Shown here piece by piece: positions 50,401 through 60,300 of a stretch of DNA of 64,000 nt; the stretch's first letter is position 1, and each line of letters starts with the position of its first letter. Under the pieces are notes generated by a model. That model was not told the origin of the DNA. It did no database searches and worked only from the letters and a program-made list of their open reading frames with translations. Source of the stretch: Leucoraja ocellata. Taxonomy: Eukaryota. The stretch is from contig JAWMAR010000026.1 in assembly GCA_036785375.1 (NCBI GenBank), positions 12,028,001 to 12,092,000 of the forward strand, in the 5' to 3' direction. A program made the translations under genes and the position numbers.

Positions 50401-53256
50401 TTCCAAATATTCACACTGTTGCCACTTGTTCTCACCCCTTTCCACTAACTCCATCCCACCAAACCCCATTCTTAAACAGTAAGATGGTCTGCTTAAATCA
50501 TGCATTTCAGTGGTACAATTTATCTGCTGCATCCTCTGTTAAAAATGCTAATAAGCATCTACAATTAAAGAAAACCAATACCATTATTGATACTTAATCT
50601 AAAGCAGCGAACATTACATATTATTAAAGGATAGGCACATGCTTTGACAGAGAATGCAACAGAAATAATGCATACATTCTCAATTCTATGAAACATCTTT
50701 AAATAAAATAATATCCTCATGTTGCATTGGGACGATAGTCTGTCAGTCAATTTGGCTTTTATAAATCAAAAACGGTAAGAAAGTAGGTTGTATGAAAGCC
50801 GATGAGTCCCTTGCAATTATAATAAGGGCTATTTAACTTCAGGTCAGTGTCAGTACTTGTAAACTGCACAAATTAACCATGATTTTCTGGAAACACAAGT
50901 TACAGAACATAGATTACATCATTTATATATCCAGAAATAATCCCTAAAGGAGCCTATTCAGATAACGATTAAAATTGAGATGTCCAGAAATTAAGTTTTT
51001 GTTTTGTCAATCGCTGGTTGGCACATTCACTCGTCCACCTTTTTCCTCTGAAGACACAAGGTTTGAAATAGAGACAGGGGCAATTGGTGGATGGGAAGGA
51101 AGAGAAATTGGTATATTTCAACGTTTAACATTTAATTATTAAAATTTCCAATCGGAATGGGATTAATATTCTAGAACCGAATAACTGAATGTGTAGATTT
51201 GGGACTGATCAAATAAAAATAAAGGTATGGAACTTGAGCGGGCGAGTAGCCGTCATCATCCTTCCGCTTCGGGGCACCCGCGACCCCTGAAATAACAGCG
51301 CAACTCTAGCACATATTTGTGTAAGATTGTTTGAGGAATTGGTCCATTTGTAATCGTAGAATCTCGCAATTTGGCTTTGAAATTCTTTCGATACGTAATC
51401 CAATGTATGTAATAACATAACGCTGAATGAGTCTGGGCTTGATTAGTAATTTAACTTCGTGCGACATTACCAAACGAAAGATGTCAATGAACTGTGCAAA
51501 TTTAGTCCAAACTGCCCCACTTCAGACACAATCGGTTAAAGACAAATGCATCTCAAATACAACCGGCTGGTGGGGAAGGGAAATTTAAAGTTAGAATATT
51601 GTTTATACTATCCGAGCGACTAACTGTTCAGTTTTGGAAATTAAATACAGAGCACCAGATACGTTCACTGCGGTTAGCACCAATTAAGTTTCCCCAATAT
51701 ATTTATGTTATTAAATTGACTGCACCATCGGACGGCACGTGTAGGGCATTAACCGGAGACAGTTCAGTGCAATTATCCCATTGCAACCCGACTTTCCAGG
51801 AATTTTTGTTTTGTTCCCCGGGTGGAAGTCCATTCTGATGGGATAATGAACGCGCCAGTGCGTAGATAGAATTCTACCCCAGCATGCTTGAGCATGAATC
51901 AATACGCTACTCTCCCGTGAAGTATATTAGTATATTACACAGACCACTAGTGATGTACCAACATACATCGATAACTCAGATCGCCATTTTCCATCAGCCC
52001 AGTTAATTTGCCTTCCACCCTTTCGGCAGCTCCTCCAGTTTATCCTGGAAGTAACCATATAACCATATTTCCCTTCCTGTGGAATGTTGCAACTAATTGG
52101 GAGCCTAATTGTTTATTAAGTAGCGGGAATTGTGTATTAAGTAGCTGTTTGTAGAAAGCGTGGCAATCCCCCTTGGATGGAACACCTGAAAAGTGTTTGC
52201 AAAACAAATACTATCAACGGCAATCCAGATTTTAACCCCCCCCCCCACCCCACCCCACCCCCACCCCCACCCACAGATATGTTCAGCCGATGCCCGCGTT
52301 TGCCGCACGGAATTAAAAAGGGATGATACAAAATGTGCATTCGGCGCGTTCATTTACGAATACCCCCTTCCATTATTATACATGTCATGGTCTCCCGTGG
52401 TTCACAATGCCCGGTACCAATATTCCCTTGTGCCCCCTGTCATTGCTGTAAGGTTTTGCATGACAGCGACCATTATTTACACGTAGTGTATGAATCGTAA
52501 ATGAAAACTTTACGGGAATATGTTTTAGCTACTTTATTCCCTTCATTCAATCCAGTCTCCTGTCGCACTGCACCGGATCAACATTGCCCCGAGCCAGGTT
52601 CATAAACAAAAGTGGCAGCATGTCGCTGAGAACGATCGCTCACCTTTTACATCAAGGGTTGCACCTGTTCCATTTCCAGTGTATTCACCCTCCACTCTGC
52701 AGTAATAGATTCCGGCGTCTCCGAATCTCACGTTCACAATCTTAAGCGAAGCGCTCGCTTTAGATTCCACCTGGAACACTTTCCTGGAATCTTCTCCCTC
52801 TTTGAAAAACTTCCGTTCTCCTGTTTTCCACCAATACATCCTAATGTTATTTTTATCTCTAAATAGCCCGAACGCGCATTGCAAAGTCGCGCTCTGCCCT
52901 ACCAATGCATCGACTTTATCCGGCATTTGATGCACCTGCGTAACCTTGGCGAATGCTGCAAAAATAAACGGAAAACAGTGTGTATATTTGCGAAAGGCTC
53001 AGGACAACAACAAACTTTCTCGTCTTTCAGTTAATTTTAACAAATCCATGGAAATGGCGACTTGCTTTAATGTACAAACACCACACGAACAGATACCTTC
53101 CAAAGACCTGACACAATGAATTAAAAACAGCGACAAAACAAATGATCATTAATTTGCTAAGTGAACTCGTCGCTTCATGTGCAAGTGTTTTTGAAGAATA
53201 CCTGTGCAAATAACGGCCAGAATGAGGAAGGGGTTAAATTCATTTTTTCCATACAT
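38255..53256 (-). CDS. Gene B (span): Ig-superfamily V(J)-C1-TM receptor, paralogue of gene A, with a CxxC tail lacking Tyr signalling motifs, ~321 aa; exons 53256-53202, 52955-52644, 48415-48125, 43632-43528, 38457-38255
   Basis: GT..AG introns, all phase 1; open 966-nt CDS; domain-per-exon layout identical to gene A, including a 105-nt TM exon. Confidence 0.85.
38900..39335 (-). mobile_element. Penelope-like ORF N-terminal fragment plus pLTR piece
   Basis: LSDTEQSVLNKGLTFI..DVELFYLRAFF. Confidence 0.65.
41465..41782 (-). mobile_element. Penelope-like 3' end/pLTR
   Basis: Reverse complement of 6280-6575. Confidence 0.8.
43528..43632 (-). CDS. Gene B exon 4, transmembrane segment
   Basis: DVSSKTTLPWWIPLCVVLSLLLLIIVAIVSYKLCK; acceptor ctttccag, donor G|GTAAGG. 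Confidence 0.9.
44020..47580. mobile_element. Cluster of old CR1 fragments (both strands) interrupted by pLTR-derived repeats and a SINE
   Basis: Degenerate CR1 RT/3' similarity; short repeats at 44328, 44755-44950 and 45425-45510. Confidence 0.65.
48125..48415 (-). CDS. Gene B exon 3, C1-set Ig domain
   Basis: ASPAPMTI..SLLCKTSGFFPADYILSWYRDG..ASSYL..YTCEVSHSTLQAP; acceptor ttttctacag, donor G|GTAGAA. Confidence 0.95.
52644..52955 (-). CDS. Gene B exon 2, V-set Ig domain with J-like G strand
   Basis: QVHQMP..GQSATLQC..MYWWK..ASLKIVNVRFGDAGIYYCRVEGEYTGNGTGATLDVK; acceptor tttttgcag, donor G|GTGAGC. Confidence 0.95.
53202..53256 (-). CDS. Gene B exon 1, signal peptide MYGKNEFNPFLILAVICT
   Basis: ATG, hydrophobic core, phase-1 donor ACAG|GTATTC. 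The exon end ATTTGCACAG|GT resembles gene A ATTTTCACAG|GT. Confidence 0.75.
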
Positions 53257-54589
53257 ACTGAGTACCGACTTCGCAATTGAGGAGCCACGAGAGACCGCGG
53301 AGTCGAACAACAGAAAGTTATTGAGCCACGCAGCTGCGTTGGTTTGGGGATGGTGGGTGGGAATAACGGTATGTTGAGGGACTTTTTTTTTGGCGGGGTA
53401 TATTGTGCAAACGAAACTAAATGTCAGACTTGCAGCTTTGCGGTTTCAGTGCTGTCAAACGTCAGTTGAGATCTGCGAAGAAACATGCTCGCTGCTGGAA
53501 ATGGAAATTGAGGCTAATTCAAAGAATTCGAAAACACATTGAAGCAGAGTTTTTATCACAAGGTGTGTGTGGCGGGGGTGGGGTTGACAGGATTGTTAGG
53601 GGAGAAGGCAGGGAGCTGTGTGGCTCAGCAACTTTCTGTTGTTCGACTCCATGATCTGCAGAGTCCTGCTCCTGCGCTGAATAAATATGTTTAACTTCAC
53701 GGGAAGCCAAATGTACAAGAGGCTCTACATTCACCCTCAGCAGATAACACAGCATGCAGTGCTTGTGCGTATCCCTTGCGAGATTCTCCAGGCGATGTGA
53801 TTGCTACATTGAACGGAAATGTTCCCCACAATAGGGATATTTTAGAGGCAGCTGAAACTCAAACACGTGTATCATTTCCAAATTTAAACCTTGATATGTA
53901 GCAAGGACAATCCCATCTCTATCCTGTGATTTCACTTATTTGCTCCAAGGAAGGTTTGATCTTGCACTTTCTCCTTGCTGTAATATATTTGGGGGAAACA
54001 ACCAGTCTAAGTGTTAAAGTTTTCCATCAAATTGTGAAAAAAGCTGTGTCATTTGACATCTGAAACAACTAGTTACATTCCTGGAATTTTTGGATCGCTT
54101 GCTTTGCACATTGTTCCAAAAAGTCTTAGTGAATAAATATAATCAAAATTCTTTATGGGTGCTTAAGATAACAAGGAGTTAACTTGTCATTGCAAGGTAA
54201 AGAATAATTTATTATTAACTAAGATATTCAAAGAAATAAATTAAGTCATCAACAGGAGTTAACTTTTGTGTTAACTTTTTACACACTGAGAGCATCACAA
54301 TGCATTTACGTTCTCTTGAATTGATTTTTGACGCTGAAAACACATAACAACAACATATAAGGTAGGTGTGTGGTATGTCAGGTCCAGAATGCAAAATGTT
54401 CACACATTTCACCATTTTAACAGGTGTTGCACAATAGCCATTGTGAACTTGGGTCGTTATCGCTTCTAAAATTAATTCAGATAAAAATAGATATGAAACA
54501 AGCAGAGATTAAGAGAGCAAGTTTGCAGCAAAATTCTGTAAATGACAAAATTTCACAACGGTTCTCATTCCGTGCTCTAAAACCGATCT

Positions 54590-54956
54590 CCCGCTTGTTC
54601 AGGACTTAAACTCCCTCTCCCAATCCGATTTTTCTGTCCTGGGCCTTCTCCATTCTCAAAGTGAGGCCCAGCGCATATTGGATGGACAGCACCTTATATT
54701 TCGCTTGGACAGCTACATCCCAGCGGTATGAACATTGACTTCTCTAACTTCAAATAGCCCTTGCTTTCCCCCTCTCTGCATCCCCCTTCCCAGTTCTCCC
54801 ACAAGTCTTACTGTTTCTGACTACGTTCTATCTATGTCCCGCCCATTCCACTGACATTAGTCTGAAGAAGGGTCTCGACCCGAAACGTCACCCATTCCTT
54901 CTCTCCAGAGATGGTGCCTGTCCCCCTGAGTTACTCCAGTATTTTGTGTCTACCTT
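54590..54956 (+). mobile_element. Penelope-like 3' end and pLTR with the best-preserved hammerhead-like core
   Basis: GIY-YIG tail similar to 6200-6345; CTGAAGA-A-GGGT-CTCG-ACCC-GAAACGTC at 54862-54889. Confidence 0.8.
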
Positions 54957-55509
54957 CCTGTAAATGACTATTACTTTTTCTATAGACACCATTGGATGAT
55001 TTTAAATCTACTGTGTTAACGATAAAAATACTTTATTAAAAAATCAACTTTCCCCAACAAGGGGATAAACAGGGTGGAGCTTTATACAGCTTTGCTCAAG
55101 CTTTGAATTCACTTGTCCTTAAAAGTTGCAAAGATCTTTTAATGTATATGTGTGTGTGTATATGTACGCACTCTAAGTTTATGATACCTCTTCTTTGTAA
55201 GTTTCTTTAATGTAGCAGTAGAAGATACTTGTAAAAAACATGGCTGGTTTCATGGCAACTTATTATTTCCTAAAGCTGTTAATTCTTAACAACTGCCAAT
55301 AAGTCCCTCGCCTTTGGAAAATATATCAATGTCATCAATTTAAACTTAAATTTTAGTTCTAAACTTCTCTCAAGATAGGCACGGAAAACAATGTATTATA
55401 TAATGCAGAAATATCAATCCATGAAATGGGTGACTCTTCCCAGGGTCACTGTTGCAGAAGTTTGATCAGCCTTCCTGAGGGTGAATCCATGGAAAATAAT
55501 TGGTCCAGA

Positions 55510-55990
55510 GCCCATGGCCATGTCCATGGGAACTGCATGGACCAACTAGCAGGAGTGTTCACAGGCATCTTCAATCTCTCCCTCCTCCATTCTGAGGTAC
55601 ACATCTGCTTAAAAAAGACCATTATCATCCCACTGCCAAAGAAAATCAAGATCTAATTTCTTAACAACTACCGTCCAGTGGTCTTGACATCCACCATCAT
55701 GTGAGAGGCTGGTTATGGAATGCATTAAATCTAATCTACCAAGTAACCTTAACCCATTGCAGTTCGCCTACCGTCCATGGCTGATATCCAGCTCCCTCAG
55801 ATCTGGACTGAAAGACAAATCAAGGCGCAAGTTGCAATAAACCTCTCCCGGTTAACAAACCAATTGTTACCAACTTCATAAGGAAATGTGTGGAGTGTTC
55901 TCCCATGAAAACCACCTCACTGTTCCCCAACCAGAAACCTTGGATGAACCAGGAGGTCTGCTTTCTTCTGAGGCCCAGATCTCATGCATT
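55510..55990 (+). mobile_element. Rex1/Babar RT fragments
   Basis: CMDQLAGVFTGIFNLSL..KKTIIIPLPKK; PLQFAYR. Confidence 0.75.
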
Positions 55991-57355
55991 CTAACACAGA
56001 GAGCCATTAGACCGAATGTCCTTCAGAAGGAACATTCTTATCTCAGGAATCAATCAGTAATTTGATAAATCTTCATTCCACATCTCAAAAGAGTAGATGG
56101 GAAAATAGAACAATATAAAACTAGTGTGAACGGATGAACATTTGTTGGTTGGCATGGACTCAGAGCGCCAGAGAGCCTGTTTCCACGCTGGATCTCTAAA
56201 CTAAAAGGGCTAGATTTTATTTTGCTAATATCTTCATTACAGTTATACCAAACTTATTTTCCACTGAAGACTAACATCCCATTTGCCTTTCCCAGTTTTA
56301 TAATATCAACCAGACTGTTGTCTCAATCTTTGATTGGTACCATTCTCTGCCCAAAATCATGGCAGCCACTCCAGTTAGTTAATCTACATTCTTCTCTGTG
56401 CACAGTGAAAGTGTGGAAAGTTTAGAATCACTTTTTTTATTTTGTGCACCAAGAGCGAGTATCAGGCTTACTTTTATATTTCAACAGTTTTGTCAGATGA
56501 AGAGAATGTATCCACAATCCTAACTCCAGACAATGACCTCTTACACATCGTATAAATTTTGCTTCCCAATCATCTTTATTGCCTCTGAGTGACCTGATCA
56601 AAGTCATATTACTTTGTGCATCATTTTCATCATGGAGAGAAAATAAAATAATATTTGCCTTGGCTTCCCACATATCGTTGAGCAGCCAGCTTCCAAGTTA
56701 ATGGGGTAGCAGACAGACAAATTTACCATCTACACTCTCAGCAAGAAAATGGTGCACAGCCGTAAATCAAAGTTAGATATAAAATAATATAAACTGGAGG
56801 AAATATTATAAACAAAAATATACCTCCAAAAATGTCTACCATCATAAGGATACATCACCATCAAATTAACCAGATATTTATAGCAGCATCAGCAAATCTG
56901 TTGTAAGCATCAATACATGTATTGGGAGCTTTATTTTATTAATAGTAAGAAACCAATGGGTCTCTCAACCCAGAACACTCACTGAACATAGTTAGCCGCA
57001 AAGTGCAGTCAATGTTAGGCAAGATAAATTAAGGGAAACGTAATTCACATTTGTTCAGACATTTTTAATAGGGAATAAAAACCACATTTGTTCGAAAAAG
57101 ATTTAAATCACTTCTATGAGACTTGCAGTACCTTGTCCCAGGTCAAATAAGTCCTCACTCAACTTCTGGAAAACCAAACATCCAACCCATCGAAAATGTA
57201 GTTGTATTCAGGGACCGTTATGTGTCTGATCTTGGAATGGCCCAGCACATATTGCCACAGAAATCTGCTTTATCAGGAAGACCATGGTGTTGAGTACATT
57301 TGCGCTTTATTCCATATCAGATACAATGATTTAGGCAGAGAAGGCAGATGTGCAA

Positions 57356-60300
57356 TCACTCATAATACACAAAGGAAATGTCCCAGAAACTACAGCCCTC
57401 ATTATTCTTGTTAAGATTGATGCTCTTCTGGTTAATATGTTTCACAAATTTCAATGTTTCTTTATCTCGGTAGATCAATGCCAATGCGTTGTCTTCTGGA
57501 CAAAGAGTAAGTAACTGAAATACAACATAAATAATTAAAAATGAATTTTGTTATAGAAAAGTAACACCTGATTTATTCTCCATCATTCCACGATTCCCTA
57601 TGTTTTTCTTATGAAAAAGTTGGGGGGTGCATGATCAAACTATAGGATCCAGCTGAGATACTTGCTGATCAATGCAGGGAGCCTTCTCATATGATTCAGA
57701 GTTAAAGAACAGTGCAGGCCCGAAATGGGTCATTCAGCCCCCCCCCCCCCCCCCCCCCCCCACCCCATTTCTTTGTTTGCCATCAGCATCATTGCTAATG
57801 GCCTACATTAGGTGCATATCCCTATTTTGCTTATTTCAACATCTCTCTAAATGGCTCTCAAATATAATTACTATCTCCTGTGGTCGTAAATTTAAATAAT
57901 CAGCATTCTGTAAAAGACAACTTTCGACTAAAATCCCATTTAAAAATTCCTTAATGTCATCTTATATTTATATCCATTTGTGTTGATTACTTCCCACCAC
58001 GGGAAAATAATTATAGCTACCTACGCCCATAAACTTTATATAGCGTTAGCAGGTCAGTTATCAGGCTCTTTTTCTTCCGAGAAAATAAAAATCTAATCAT
58101 TAATATCCAATAACTAAACTACTTCAATCCAGGCAACATTTGCACTCTCTCCAGCGTAACCATATCCTTCCTGTAGTGTGGTGACCAGTACAATCCAAGT
58201 AAGGTTTTGTAAAATTGCAAGAAAAGCATTTTAACTTTTATATTTTATAGAAGATAAACATAAAATGCTGGAGATCAGGCAGCATCTCTGGAGAAAAGGA
58301 ACAGGTGACGTTTCAGGTTGAAACCCTTCTTTATATCCACTGATTTATAAAGACAAACATGCCTTGTATACAACGCTTACTATCTGCATTTCTACTCTCT
58401 GTAAATTATGGGCTTAAACCACAAGGTCCCTCTGTTCATCAACATCGTTTGCACCCAAACATTTATTGTCCGGCATCTATCTGACCAAAAATACATCATC
58501 TTGCACTTGTCAAAATTAAAATCCATCTGTAAACTTACTAATCATACCCAAGTTCCCATCAAAACTATAATCTACATCAAAAATAACGAGTCCCACACGG
58601 ATTCTCGTGATGTATCAGTATTCAGTCTAATTCGTTGCAGAATGCAATGTCTGTTGGAACTTGCATGCAAAAGGCAACATGACTTGGTTACTGAGATTCC
58701 TAAATAACATTTAATGCTTCAATGGTTCTTTAGTGTCACCAGTACCAAGGTACAGTAGGTATGTTACAAAACCTACCTGAATCGTGGCTGAGCATCTGCC
58801 CCACACCTTGTGTGTGTGATTTTGGCGCTGTTTAGAGGGGGCGGGTTTAAAACGCGATTTTTACTAGGCTGTTCCAATCGAAAATGTTCAGCCTAGTAAA
58901 TCATTAACGGAAAATCGCTGAAAGACCCCGTCGCAAAAGCTATTATTTGTTTTTATGGCCTTGTATAATATTTATAGTAGTTTAAAAACCACTCTCTCAC
59001 TCCGCAACCTCTTGCAGCCCCAGGGTTTTATAATGCAAACAATTAAAGGTATGTACCTTATTTTTACATTAAATGGGGCTTGTTTATAACCCTGTTTATA
59101 AGATTTTCTATAGCGAGTAGTTCATTTTGGGCTCTTTATATCCCGCAGTATTTTTCTGGGCACTTGAGGGCACAAATCCAGCACAATGTGAACGTTCTAA
59201 ACCAGCGCGTTCACAGGAACCCACTAGAAAGCCGATTTAAATTGACTTTAATTTACAGCAAATGAACACTAAATTCCTTCCATTTGGCCTATAAATTGAT
59301 GTAAATGAGATTTAAAAATCATGTTTTATTGTGAATTATTTGTGAATATTATTTGGACACTTGGGCTATTTAAAAATGTTAATCATTTATTAAGAAATGG
59401 ATAGATGTTTAGTTCGGTAATTGAAGTTTGAAATTAGCTACAATTGGGTAACTAACTAATTATATGCTTTAATTTCAGGTCATCCAAGTAAGATTATTTT
59501 ATATTTGTTTCAGAATGCTTCAATCTATGATAACTGAAAATTTCATTCAGTTCTCTTAATTTTTAAGAAGGTCATGTGCTTTTGACTGACCACGGTCACA
59601 GCTTTTTTGTTATGTCCATAGAAAATCAATAGGGAACAAGATGCTAATTTCCGAGTATGAAAATGGCCATAACTTTTTTATTACTTGAGATATGAAACTG
59701 AATTAGGTGTCAAATTAAACTTATTGTTATGCTTTATCTGATGGGATACATTGCAGACTTGATTTTTTAAATCTCAAAATTTTGTAACATTGCTAGGTAC
59801 AGCGCGTAAGCATTTATTAAGCCTATATTAATTCAAACGTTTTAAATCTCCTTAGGAAATTAATTTGAATTAATTCAGTTCATACCTCTTCGTCTTCCCC
59901 TTTTGCAATGTATGAAGTGACACCACCAAATTCCTCATCCCAGCCTGGAACAGAGAAATGCACATGTTCATTCTCCTAATCCGATCACAAGCTGGCACTT
60001 TCCAATAGAATGTTTTGCTCTTCCCCTCAATGGTATAACAAAAGCAGTTGTGATCCAGCATTACACCAGATGTGTAATACATATCCTGTAAATTAAAATC
60101 AGCACATTTACCTTCACAACCGCAGTTTAACAAGAGGTCTAGGGCAAATTCTGTGTTTTCCACATTGGTGTCATGGATAAGTGTGTAGTATCCATTTTTC
60201 CAACGTCTTAATTCTCCTCGGCAAACAGGAACACCGGGCTCTGAAAAATAATTGATTGATGCATCTTCAAACTCTTTCACTTGCTTTTCATTGAGTATGT

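Noticed and set aside
53280-53520. RUNX/ETS-like words upstream of gene B (TGCGGT, GGAAAT)
   Set aside because: Short motifs expected by chance; cannot be supported without conservation or chromatin data.
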